The position numbers and the translations under genes are program-made. The notes under the pieces are model-generated. The model saw only the letters and a list, made by a program, of their open reading frames with translations, made no database searches and was not told the DNA's origin. Source: Oligoflexus sp. (lineage in GTDB: Bacteria > Bdellovibrionota_B > Oligoflexia > Oligoflexales > Oligoflexaceae). From it: a stretch of 29,931 nucleotides of DNA. Positions 18,730 through 27,286 of this stretch are shown one piece after another (position 1 is the first letter of the stretch; every line of letters starts with the position of its first letter). The stretch is taken from assembly GCA_041736305.1 (NCBI GenBank), contig JBGSTX010000204.1:1-29931 (forward strand). Direction: 5' to 3'.

Positions 18730-19509
18730 TCACTTGCTAGCGATCAGATAGGCCACGTAGGATTCGCAGATTTCACCCTTTTCGACTCGCGTGTAGTTGC
18801 CGTCGCCTTCGCCGTCTTCATCGGTTCCTTCCCAATAGAAGTCGACTTTCTGAAAACCGCTCTCCATGAGGAGGTCATGGAGCTCAGGAAGGCCCCAGAG
18901 GCGCCAGTCGTAGGTGAAGACATTTTTGACCTTCTTCTTACCCTTCAGGCGGAAATGAATCGCGAATTGTGCGTGATTGGTCAAAGGGTCGAAGGTGTCC
19001 TGATCCCAGTAGTAGCTGAAGGTATCGTATTCCGTTTCATGCTCATTGGGTTCCATGCAGGCAGGTCCCCCAAAGCAGTCGAGAACCAGAAGGCCATCTT
19101 TTTTTAAAGTTTTCATGCAGTTTTCAAAGTAGGTTTTGAGCGTTGCCCGCTCTTTGAAGATGAAATATGAAAAATTCAAAGCCGCGATGATATCCGCTTC
19201 GGGCAGGCCGGCCTTCAACACATCGGCCTCGACGATGTGTACGCGCTTCTGCGCCGGAGCCGGGAGTTTGCTGAGGTAATGCTCGCGACCGTAGGCCAGT
19301 GGCTCAGGATCGAGATCGAGCGCAAAGGCTTCCTTATCTTCGGCTATACGCGTCCACTCGCAGCAGAGGGCAAAGGCAGCACAAAAATCTTCGCGGAGGG
19401 CTCGAGCAGGTTTTCCGCGCAGTTCTTTATAGACCCTATCAAGAAAAGCGGCATCGACGTCGGGCGACTGCACCGCGAGCTGGTAGTAGGCGTATTTATC
19501 GAGGGTCAT
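18730..19509 (-). CDS. Class I SAM-dependent methyltransferase-like protein
   Basis: LREDFC motif-I variant, ALDLD, ADV, ALNFSY, GLLVLD. Confidence 0.75.
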   Translation of the reverse strand: MTLDKYAYYQLAVQSPDVDAAFLDRVYKELRGKPARALREDFCAAFALCCEWTRIAEDKEAFALDLDPEPLAYGREHYLSKLPAPAQKRVHIVEADVLKAGLPEADIIAALNFSYFIFKERATLKTYFENCMKTLKKDGLLVLDCFGGPACMEPNEHETEYDTFSYYWDQDTFDPLTNHAQFAIHFRLKGKKKVKNVFTYDWRLWGLPELHDLLMESGFQKVDFYWEGTDEDGEGDGNYTRVEKGEICESYVAYLIASK

Positions 19510-19512
19510 AAT

Positions 19513-20700
19513 CTATCCTTTTCCAGATTGAAGTAGCTGGATAGCACCGCGATGCGTCTCGGTCAAGCCGCGGTGTAAGTTCAGCTCCTGACCCTTAGCA
19601 TGACCCCTGTGATAGTCGTCGTAGATAAGGCCTTGGCGCGAGCCGGCGCCGCGGTTGAGGCGAGGGTAGCGCTCCCTCACGAACTGCCGCAGTTCGGCAG
19701 CGGCTTGACGCTCGATCTCTAGACTCTTGGCACCGGAAAGTTCTAGTCCCCAGCTTCTGACATTATCGCGGAGCGTCGCACTCTGTTTGCTGAGCTTTTC
19801 ATGAAATCCATTGAGTACACCTAGATAGAACGATCGCTGCGAGGTGCGGGTCGAAGCAGAAGCGCTCTTCGCTTCTGATTCCTTGGCTTTTCTATGGGCG
19901 TTCCAAAGGAGGGGCAGCTGATTCCATAGAAACCAGTACACGTACTCCGCCATCTGCACGTTTTCGCGAGTCCCGAGAATTTCGAGGACCTTGAGCTGCG
20001 TTGCGGACTTGGCGTCGAATTGGTTCCGGCTCACGCAGTCGACATAGAAGTGGGTGCATAAAATACTGGAAATGCCCGACTGATGAGCGGGCATCACCTT
20101 TTTGCCGTGCTGTATCAGCGCGTAGGTGTAGCGCGCAGGCTGACCCTTCAAGACGCTCTCCAGCTGATGTCGGGCCGAGAGTTCACGGGCTTTTTCCATC
20201 GCCAGGCTGGCTTCGTGAGAATTGGAGGAGCCGCCGAGCGATAAGAGTTTTTCGACGCGTCGCAACCAGCGCTCCTCGTCCTCGCTCATCTGTCTGTGCT
20301 GCTGCACAGCTGTGCTGGGATCGACTTCGATGTGCGCGTGACGGGCCCAGGGTGCGATTCCCAGACGGGTACAGGCTCTCTGAAAGGCTGGGCCGTGAGC
20401 CTCCTCTTCGGCTGTTTCTGTAGAGGCGACGAGCGCATGGGCTATCTCATGTTTGAAAATCTCAAGAACAACATCCCAGGAATAATCTCGCAAGAGGTGC
20501 ACCGAGAGACTGAGACGTCGCTGCAAGGCATCGTAGTAGCCATAACGCTGCTTGCCCTCGTGCAGAGTGATCAGGGGAGTTGCGAGGGGAGGCAGCTGGT
20601 AGTAGCGGAGGGTTTCTTGCCATTCGCGATAGAGCTGTACTACCCAGCTACGCTCGAGTTCGTTGAGAACAGCTTCATGGGCATGAAAATAGCTATGCAT
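19513..20700 (-). CDS. SprT-like zinc metalloprotease fused to a DUF2786-like domain
   Basis: HEIAH and HGPAF zincin motifs; RRVEKLLSLGGSSNSHEASLAMEKARELSARH resembles DUF2786; GTRENVQMAEY and SFYLG resemble the usual downstream domain. Confidence 0.8.
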   Translation of the reverse strand: MHSYFHAHEAVLNELERSWVVQLYREWQETLRYYQLPPLATPLITLHEGKQRYGYYDALQRRLSLSVHLLRDYSWDVVLEIFKHEIAHALVASTETAEEEAHGPAFQRACTRLGIAPWARHAHIEVDPSTAVQQHRQMSEDEERWLRRVEKLLSLGGSSNSHEASLAMEKARELSARHQLESVLKGQPARYTYALIQHGKKVMPAHQSGISSILCTHFYVDCVSRNQFDAKSATQLKVLEILGTRENVQMAEYVYWFLWNQLPLLWNAHRKAKESEAKSASASTRTSQRSFYLGVLNGFHEKLSKQSATLRDNVRSWGLELSGAKSLEIERQAAAELRQFVRERYPRLNRGAGSRQGLIYDDYHRGHAKGQELNLHRGLTETHRGAIQLLQSGKG

Positions 20701-20704
20701 AGAG

Positions 20705-21613
20705 TCAGATCCTTTTCTTGCCGTGTTCATAGCCGCCTTCGAGCACGGGGCTGGAGTCGCTCCAGTAAAAACCCTCCCCCGCCTCCATCCGACCGATGCG
20801 GACGCAGCCTGCTAGCTGAGGCAGGGAGCTAAGTACAGTATGGAAGTGTGCAGGCATCGTAAAGCAAAGTTCGAAATCCTCGCCGTCACTCAGAGCGTGA
20901 GAGATCGCGCGCTCGGGAGGCAGCTGCTTGAGATCTTTGCGAAGAGGTATGAGTCGCCGCTCAATAACTGCTTTGAGACCACTCGAGCTTGCGAGATGTC
21001 GCAAGTCTTTGCCGAGTCCATCCGAGAGGTCAATCATGGAATTCACCACGCAGTGTTCCATGAGTGAGCTTGCCTCGCGGAGGCGCGGTTCAAAATAGAG
21101 GTGGTGAGCACTCGGATAGCTCGCTCCGAGAGGGCCGCTGACCCATATGGAATCCCCAGGCTGGGCGCCACTCCGAAGAACCGCTCCTTTAGCATGAGCG
21201 CGGCCGATGACGGTAACTGAGATGACGAGCGGTCCATCCCAGATATTGGTATCGCCACCGGCGATCGCGACTTCATAGCGCTCAGCGAGCTGACCGAGTC
21301 CTGTATAAAGAGCTTTGAGAAAAGCCGCATCGCAGAGAGAACGAGGTAGAGCGAGGGCCACGTAGGCGGAGAGAGGGATGCCACCCATAGCTGCAATATC
21401 GCTAAGATTGACGGCCAAAGCTTTACGTCCGATGGCTTCGGCGGGGTGTTCTTGTGTAAGGAAGTGAACACCATCCATCAGCATATCTTTGCACACCAGC
21501 TGCTGCCGCGCTTCGGGAGCGAGGACAGCAGAATCGTCACCGATTCCCTTAATTATACTGGCATTCAGCGGACACTGCGCCGTCAACTGGCTAATGATGT
21601 TCAACTCGTCCAT
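20705..21613 (-). CDS. thiL: Thiamine-monophosphate kinase
   Basis: GIGDDSAV, GVHF, AVNLSDIAAMGG, GGDT, MIDLSDGL, GEDFELCF. Confidence 0.96.
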   Translation of the reverse strand: MDELNIISQLTAQCPLNASIIKGIGDDSAVLAPEARQQLVCKDMLMDGVHFLTQEHPAEAIGRKALAVNLSDIAAMGGIPLSAYVALALPRSLCDAAFLKALYTGLGQLAERYEVAIAGGDTNIWDGPLVISVTVIGRAHAKGAVLRSGAQPGDSIWVSGPLGASYPSAHHLYFEPRLREASSLMEHCVVNSMIDLSDGLGKDLRHLASSSGLKAVIERRLIPLRKDLKQLPPERAISHALSDGEDFELCFTMPAHFHTVLSSLPQLAGCVRIGRMEAGEGFYWSDSSPVLEGGYEHGKKRI

Positions 21614-22548
21614 GCGAAGATGTCTCCAATTTGTGAGGCTTCTATCTCGCGTTCGCTCGCGAGCAATCCAACCGAGCTCGCCGCCAAGCCTAAGACCTTC
21701 GCTGCGCTCATTCCTGATGCACGCAGCTGCTTCAGCGAAGTCGAGCCGTCGCGCTTAGAGAGTTTCCGCCCCGTGGTTTCCCAGATCAAAGGATGATGAC
21801 AGTAGTAGCGAGGGGCCGCTAGCTCGAGCACTTGGGCGAGCTGGATCTGACGACCGCTGGCTTCGAGGATATCCTGACCACGGATTACGAAGTCTATATT
21901 TTCTAGAGCATCGTCGATGACTACACAGAAGTTATAGGTCCAGTTGCCGATCCGCTCGCGTAGGAGGAGATCTCCGCATTGCTGGGCTGGAAGCTGCTCC
22001 TGCGGACCGAGATAGAGGTCGTGAAAGCTGATAGGAACAGCGGCTAGCTGAACCCGAGAACCGAGTCCTGATCGCAGAACCTTTGTGCCGCTAGGACGGC
22101 AGTGGCCGTCGTAAGGAATGTCGGCTCCAGCTTCGCTAGTCTCTTGCCGTCTTTCTAAGAGATCTTTCCTACTGCAGCTGCAGGGGTAAACAACTTGCTT
22201 TTGGTCGAGCTGCTCCCAGCTTGCCAGGTAACGTTCGGGATGTTGGCTCTGCTGACTCACCCTGGGCTCGCTTGAAGCAAGATCGAGTAAACCCAGCCAT
22301 TGCAGATCATCGAGCAAGGACTGGGTATACTCGGGCCGGCAGCGTTGGCGATCGTGATCTTCGATACGCACTAGCACTTTAGCCTTGATAGCCTCCGCAA
22401 TTCCCCAGACAAATAACGCCGAAGCAACATGTCCGAGATGCAGATATCCCGTAGGGCTTGGCGCAAAACGAGTTCGCAGCCCTTCGGGAAGCTTGGCTAG
22501 CTGCTGACAAAATGGGGAGGACAAGACGAAACTCTCTTTTTTAAGCAC
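21601..22548 (-). CDS. gluQ: Glutamyl-Q tRNA(Asp) synthetase (GluRS catalytic-domain paralog)
   Basis: RFAPSPTGYLHLGH, RIED, CSCSRK...YDGHCR, VVIDD, RGQD, KLSKR; no anticodon-binding domain. GTG start at 22548 has a GAGG RBS. Confidence 0.85.
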   Translation of the reverse strand: MLKKESFVLSSPFCQQLAKLPEGLRTRFAPSPTGYLHLGHVASALFVWGIAEAIKAKVLVRIEDHDRQRCRPEYTQSLLDDLQWLGLLDLASSEPRVSQQSQHPERYLASWEQLDQKQVVYPCSCSRKDLLERRQETSEAGADIPYDGHCRPSGTKVLRSGLGSRVQLAAVPISFHDLYLGPQEQLPAQQCGDLLLRERIGNWTYNFCVVIDDALENIDFVIRGQDILEASGRQIQLAQVLELAAPRYYCHHPLIWETTGRKLSKRDGSTSLKQLRASGMSAAKVLGLAASSVGLLASEREIEASQIGDIFAWTS

Positions 22549-22637
22549 AATCCTCGCATTGTGAAGAGTTTTAGCTTGTGAGGCAACGAATTTTCCGCAA
22601 TGATGGGGCTGCTTACTTTTTGTCATAGGCGTCGGAT

Positions 22638-23453
22638 ATGCAGGTCAAGCGGCCTTCCATCGATGTACTTGTATTTGATTCAGGTTTAGGCGGACTATCC
22701 GTCCTTTCCTCTATGCAATCGACCCTTCCCCATCTCAAATACGCTTATTTGGCAGATAATGCAGCTCTTCCCTACGGTGAAAAGCCCGAGGCCTGGCTTA
22801 TCGATCGTGTCTCGAAGGTCATCGATTCAGCTCTCCATAGACTTGATGCTCGCCTTCTCGTCATTGCTTGTAATACGGCGAGTACTTTAGTCCTTCCTCG
22901 TCTGCGCAGCGAATGGGATATGCCTATCGTCGGTGTGGTCCCTGCGATCCGGCCGGCTGCAAAACTCAGCCGCACGCGCGTCATCGGTTTGCTGGCAACG
23001 CCTGCTACCATCAACCGACCTTATATCGATTCCCTGATCCGAGAATATGGTGAAGACTGCGAAGTAATTCGCGTGGGAAGCTCAGCTTTGGTCGAGATCG
23101 CTGAACGAAAGATGCGCGGAGAAGCTAGCGCTGCCGATCTCGAAGTGATCGCGGAGATTTGCCGCCCACTCAGGGCTTCGGCTGCGGACGTCGTGATCCT
23201 TGGCTGTACTCATTTTCCACTACTGACCGATGAACTGCGAGAGCTTCTCCCTGGGGTGCTCTTGATTGACTCCGGTCAAGCCATAGCTCGCCGCGTGGCT
23301 TCTCTCCTCGCTCTTGACTCTAGTTCGGTGGAGACTCAGGTACACGAGCAGCCTGCTTTTTTCACGGCTAACAATCCTAGTCCTCTGGCTGGTGTGTTGG
23401 CACGCTATGGGCTTAATCAGCTGCAGACTCTTCCACACTTAGATTTGCTTTGA
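22638..23453 (+). CDS. murI: Glutamate racemase
   Basis: FDSGLGGLSV, PYGEK, IACNTAS, LGCTHFP. Confidence 0.97.
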   Translation: MQVKRPSIDVLVFDSGLGGLSVLSSMQSTLPHLKYAYLADNAALPYGEKPEAWLIDRVSKVIDSALHRLDARLLVIACNTASTLVLPRLRSEWDMPIVGVVPAIRPAAKLSRTRVIGLLATPATINRPYIDSLIREYGEDCEVIRVGSSALVEIAERKMRGEASAADLEVIAEICRPLRASAADVVILGCTHFPLLTDELRELLPGVLLIDSGQAIARRVASLLALDSSSVETQVHEQPAFFTANNPSPLAGVLARYGLNQLQTLPHLDLL

Positions 23454-23563
23454 AGACTTGCGAAAGCTTGGCTAAAGCCTGAATTTTTTCGCGTTGCAGC
23501 AATATTTTCCTCGCCAAAATCTTTGCGTCTCAGTAAAAGCCACCAAACCCTTACTGGCGATGG

Positions 23564-24871
23564 ATGGCACCAATGAACCTTCGTAAGATCTATCATGTTT
23601 TGAGCCTACTCATGGTGGTCCTCCTGATCCCTGCTTGCGTTCACTCAAGGCCGGTTGCCACTATCGAAGAGGCGCAAGCGGCCAATCGAGAAGGGCTTCT
23701 TTTGGAGATCGAAGCAGATTTCGTGGAGACCTTACGGAAGGAAGGTACTAAGCAGCCCGTACTGGTCGAACTCACTGCCGATTGGTGCGGGGCCTGTCAA
23801 AGCATTAAGAAACGCATCGAGCGCCTGGCTGCCAAAGGCAAGGGCCGCTACCTCGTCGCCAGTCTCGATGTGAGTGGTCGCGAAGAGATCATGGTCCAAT
23901 TCGGAGTGAAGGCGCTTCCGGCCTTTTTTCTCTATCTACCGGGTGAGCCGCGTGAACTCAAGGCGGTAGGATCCGATGTCATGCCGGCTCTTGAAAAGAT
24001 TTTGAAAGAGAACGCGAGGGCTCCAGCTCCCTTTCCCATGCGGAAGGATCCGCTCCCAAACGGCATCAAAGCCGTAATCGTAGCAGGAAGCAGCGACGCT
24101 GCAAATTTCACCGAAGAGATCTATCTGCAGTATATCTGGCTCAAAGAGCGCGGGCTCAAAATCGAAGAAATAGCCTGTTTTTATGCCCGCCCCAATACGC
24201 TGCAGTACTACCAAGATCAGGCGCAATTCGAAAGGTTTCGGGAATTCTACGGCCTCTGCAAGCTCGCCGAAAAAGCCGACGTGCTGACTGCCGTCGCTCA
24301 GGGACTGAAAGAGCAGCCGGACGCGTTTTATCTTTATATCAGCACGCATGGTAATAAGCCTGAGAGCGTGAAAATCCCGGGCCAGCAGGCCCCTGGAGCG
24401 GAAAAGGCAGAGTCTCAGGATTCTGGGGATTTTACCCTCGTCCTCGACAGTCGGGATAAAGCCAAGGCCTCTGCCGACGGCTGGCTCACGCCCGAGGATC
24501 TCGCCCAGGAATTTTCAAAAGCACCTCAGACCAAGAAAATTGTGGTCCTCCAAGCCTGCTATAGCGGGGGCTTTATCTCAGCACAGAACGAGCCGCAAAC
24601 GCATCCGAGTCCGCTGGCCCAGCTTCCGGCGATGACTCTTCTCACCGCTTCGCGGGCGGATCGCGTGAGTTTTGGCTGCGAAACAGGGGCGATGCTCACC
24701 GAGTATGGGCACAGTTTTCTCAAGGTCGCCGTCGAAGAGAAGGCAAAGATCTCGGAGATTGATTGGCAAGCTCTGGCTGCAAAGGTCGCCGAAGATATAA
24801 ACGCCAAGGAAAGCCGCGGTCGCTTTAGTCAGGATCAGCGGTCGCTTCCGCAGTTCTTTCAAAAGCCCTGA
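23564..24871 (+). CDS. Putative lipoprotein: thioredoxin domain fused to a peptidase C13/caspase-fold domain
   Basis: Lipobox-like LIPAC; ADWCGAC and cis-Pro-like ALP; YISTHG and VLQACYSGGF dyad; TASRADRVSFGC. Confidence 0.8.
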   Translation: MAPMNLRKIYHVLSLLMVVLLIPACVHSRPVATIEEAQAANREGLLLEIEADFVETLRKEGTKQPVLVELTADWCGACQSIKKRIERLAAKGKGRYLVASLDVSGREEIMVQFGVKALPAFFLYLPGEPRELKAVGSDVMPALEKILKENARAPAPFPMRKDPLPNGIKAVIVAGSSDAANFTEEIYLQYIWLKERGLKIEEIACFYARPNTLQYYQDQAQFERFREFYGLCKLAEKADVLTAVAQGLKEQPDAFYLYISTHGNKPESVKIPGQQAPGAEKAESQDSGDFTLVLDSRDKAKASADGWLTPEDLAQEFSKAPQTKKIVVLQACYSGGFISAQNEPQTHPSPLAQLPAMTLLTASRADRVSFGCETGAMLTEYGHSFLKVAVEEKAKISEIDWQALAAKVAEDINAKESRGRFSQDQRSLPQFFQKP

Positions 24872-24934
24872 ACAGCGTCTTTTCTGAGCTCATTATATCC
24901 GCAGCTTGCCTGTCCATCGCTTCAAGCTTAGTCA

Positions 24935-25162
24935 TTAGCGCTTTAGAAGCTGGTGCTCTATTTTGCCAATGGCGAACGCTATGAGTATATACTCGACACA
25001 AACTTGCACAGCTCGCTCCAGATTGAGGACGATGATGTCCTGGGCGTCGATATCTGTCAGCAACAGACTGAGCTGAGTCGGCTTCTTTTGGCGCACACGT
25101 TGCAAGCAGCGGAGGACTGTTTCGCTTTTTTCAGTGAGAAGTTGTGCATTTACTTTTCCCAC
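24935..25162 (-). pseudogene. C-terminally truncated HepT/DUF86 (HEPN) toxin
   Basis: QDIIVLNLERAVQVCV is typical of the DUF86 N-terminal half; the start overlaps the mntA stop; only 75 aa with no R-x4-6-H motif; the tail is read from the 50-bp repeat. Confidence 0.8.
24945..24994 (+). repeat. 50-bp direct repeat, copy 1
   Basis: AGAAGCTGGTGCTCTATTTTGCCAATGGCGAACGCTATGAGTATATACTC; 48/50 identical to 27383-27432. Confidence 0.95.
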
Positions 25163-25536
25163 GCTTTCAGCCTCTCTTGCAGAATTTTTTCAACGAATCG
25201 CCCATCGTCTTCACGCTCATACCACATCCGTTTTAGCAGCTGCTCATAGATGCTTGCATCACGCAGCAAGATGATCGTTCCGCCGGTGAGGATTTCTGTG
25301 AGAAGAGCGCCATGAGCCTTGCGAAAATCGACAAGGTCCACTTCGCGCTGAAGCAGGTGCCTGATGCGATCCGCGAGATTCAGCAGAGCCTCTGGATCGA
25401 GGGGCTTGTCCTTGTGCACCGCCACGTCCACATCAGATTCAGGACCTTCCAGTCCCTTGGCGAAGGAGCCGTAGAGGACAGCCATACCGATGTCTAGCTC
25501 CTGACTCAGGAAAGCGCTCAGCTTTTCTTTTACCAT
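25150..25536 (-). CDS. mntA: MntA-type minimal nucleotidyltransferase antitoxin
   Basis: LYGSFAKG...SDVDVAV (GS-x10-DxD), REVDLVD; directly upstream of the HEPN gene; GGAGGAG RBS. Confidence 0.88.
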   Translation of the reverse strand: MVKEKLSAFLSQELDIGMAVLYGSFAKGLEGPESDVDVAVHKDKPLDPEALLNLADRIRHLLQREVDLVDFRKAHGALLTEILTGGTIILLRDASIYEQLLKRMWYEREDDGRFVEKILQERLKAWEK

Positions 25537-25608
25537 GAATCTTGCTCCTCCATCGGAGAGGCCAGACTAACAAATTGAGAAAGGACCTACGAGTCCTAGA
25601 TCGCAGAC

Positions 25609-26742
25609 TCATTTACGTTTGACGATTCTTGCTTTCTTTTCGCCCCAGAAAAGTAGGTAGGCCCCTTTGTTTTGCATCCCTCCAGCAATATATCTTTTTC
25701 CATTCCATTCAATCAGGTCTTTGGGTTGAATTTTGTATCTTTGTTCCCTGATCGAAGGTGCCTGACCATTTCTATTTTGTTGAATAGAGCGGTTGTTTCG
25801 TCTTTTTTGCGCAATTAAGAAGACCTGTGTTCGCTTTTGATGACGACCTCTTGCAATGATAAAGGCATCATTATTATGGGTTTTTGGAATGCCGAGCTGC
25901 TCCCGCTCAAATTTTGTTTCATAGCCAAAAGCTTCCGAGAAGTCTGGATTGCGCTTTAGCAGCTGGCTGCGAACGATATTCATCATGGTCGCGGTTTTGA
26001 GAGTCTTGTGCTTTTTGATATTGATTTGCAGCTTGCCAGCATGCAGATCGGCATGATGTTTTTCGCAAAGTGTCAGAAGGTTTGAAGGGGCATCGCTTCC
26101 GCCCCGACTTTTGAACAAAATGTGGTGAACATGAAGCTTTTCCACGCAGCCTTTTTTCCCTGCCTGACAAGTATAGCCATCTCTGGCAAGGATATACTGT
26201 TTGACATTATAAAAGCCTTTTTGAACTCCGTCTTGATAATTTTTCCCCGAAATATCGGGCTTGTTGATTTTCGCCATATCAAAGTTATTGGCTTCAATAA
26301 TGATCTTTGAGATTGGCAAGATTTTTTGCAGATTTCTGATGATCTGCTCGTGAGTCCCCACTTTTTGCTTGATTGAGGGCTGCAGTGCCTTTCTCTTTCG
26401 ATTGTCAAACCTCGCTGCCCTGTAACGGGTTTTATTCCCGCGCCTAGTCCTACGGTAGGATCTTCTTTCAGTCACTTTTTCTGAAACGTCCGTGCGGATT
26501 TTGTATTCGGCTGCAAAAACTTCGTTGGTTTCAGAAGTTACGCTGACTCCAACCGTCCCAAATCCAAGATCCTGACCTAGAGTCAAAGGCTGAACCGCGT
26601 CTTCAGATCGGTAAGTCAATTGAATCGTGAAGGGAAACCGTTTGACGACTTTCACCTTTCCGTCCCGCATGCAGCGGCGCACCCACCCATGCCTTGCGGT
26701 GGGCATGAGCGGCTTTCCGGTTTTTGATAAGACATAAACCAT
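25609..26742 (-). CDS. iscB: IscB RNA-guided endonuclease (OMEGA system)
   Basis: PLMP domain, PFTIQL, RuvC-I GQDLG, Arg-rich bridge helix RRSYRRTRR...RYRAARFDNR, RuvC-II IIEANNFD, HNH HVHH...GGSD..SNLLTLC..HH, RuvC-III THNNDA. Confidence 0.95.
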   Translation of the reverse strand: MVYVLSKTGKPLMPTARHGWVRRCMRDGKVKVVKRFPFTIQLTYRSEDAVQPLTLGQDLGFGTVGVSVTSETNEVFAAEYKIRTDVSEKVTERRSYRRTRRGNKTRYRAARFDNRKRKALQPSIKQKVGTHEQIIRNLQKILPISKIIIEANNFDMAKINKPDISGKNYQDGVQKGFYNVKQYILARDGYTCQAGKKGCVEKLHVHHILFKSRGGSDAPSNLLTLCEKHHADLHAGKLQINIKKHKTLKTATMMNIVRSQLLKRNPDFSEAFGYETKFEREQLGIPKTHNNDAFIIARGRHQKRTQVFLIAQKRRNNRSIQQNRNGQAPSIREQRYKIQPKDLIEWNGKRYIAGGMQNKGAYLLFWGEKKARIVKRK

Positions 26743-27033
26743 TTTCTTTTTTCTCCCCCGTCAGGGGGCCTGTAAAGCAGCCTTGCGGCTGTGGATTCTC
26801 TTCGACACTGTTATCCGGCGGTTTTTGTGAAAAGCACTGTTCCTACCCATCAGAACTGTTTAGCCGTTCACCCCAGAGCCTGGAACTAGAGAAGCATCCC
26901 AAGGTGGCTATGTCATTCGCCAGTAACGTAGCCTTGTTGCCAAGGCTGAGTCTAATCAATCAAGAGCTTGGAAATTGGTTTCCTTCTTTCCAAGCCCTAC
27001 CCATACCCGTCAGGGTTGGGTGGGGTGATTGAC
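25613..27033 (-). mobile_element. Non-autonomous IS200/IS605-superfamily (Isc) element: omegaRNA plus iscB, no tnpA
   Basis: Sharp end GTCAATCACCCC at 27033 with a subterminal hairpin; visibly more AT-rich than the flanking housekeeping genes; other end inferred from ATGA at 25612-25609 and uncertain. Confidence 0.75.
26745..27033 (-). ncRNA. omegaRNA scaffold (HEARO-like)
   Basis: About 290 nt upstream of iscB beginning GTCAATCACCCCACCCAACCCTGACGGGTATGGGTAGGGCTTG; contains AGACTCAG, CTACGTT, GGATGC...CTAGT and TAAACA motifs and 3' hairpins CAGCC-GCAA-GGCTG and CCCCC-TGAC-GGGGG. Confidence 0.88.
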
Positions 27034-27115
27034 ATCTTCGGTGGTAATAATTTCGCTGCCCTCCTGAGTAGCGCTAAGCGACACTGCACTGCATGTGAAA
27101 TCCAGGAGCGATTGA

Positions 27116-27286
27116 ATGCGACAGGAGATGTCATTCCAACCTGATAAACCCAGCATTTGCATGACCCAGACCGCTTCCACTGAGGAAGAAGAGCGTCAAT
27201 TTAGCGCTCTAGAGTTCATCCAGCAAAGCTCAAAAAACCCACGACGCGGGCAAACCATCCCATGGTGGCCATGGGTGCTGCCGTGA
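27116..27286 (+). CDS. Small hypothetical protein (56 aa)
   Basis: Below the track cut-off. AGGAG RBS; MRQEMSFQPDKPSIC...GQTIPWWPWVLP; TGA overlaps the next GTG (GTGA). Confidence 0.4.
   Translation: MRQEMSFQPDKPSICMTQTASTEEEERQFSALEFIQQSSKNPRRGQTIPWWPWVLP

Noticed and set aside
24953..25249. 98-aa plus-strand ORF beginning MLYFANGERYEY
   Set aside because: Chimera of repeat copy 1 and the antisense of hepT/mntA; an in-frame TAG lies just upstream
26724..27032. 102-aa plus-strand ORF upstream of iscB
   Set aside because: Antisense to the omegaRNA scaffold; no protein features
27034..27053. A second target for the IscB guide within the window
   Set aside because: Only short 8-9 nt matches noticed (near 6094 and 19336); not meaningful
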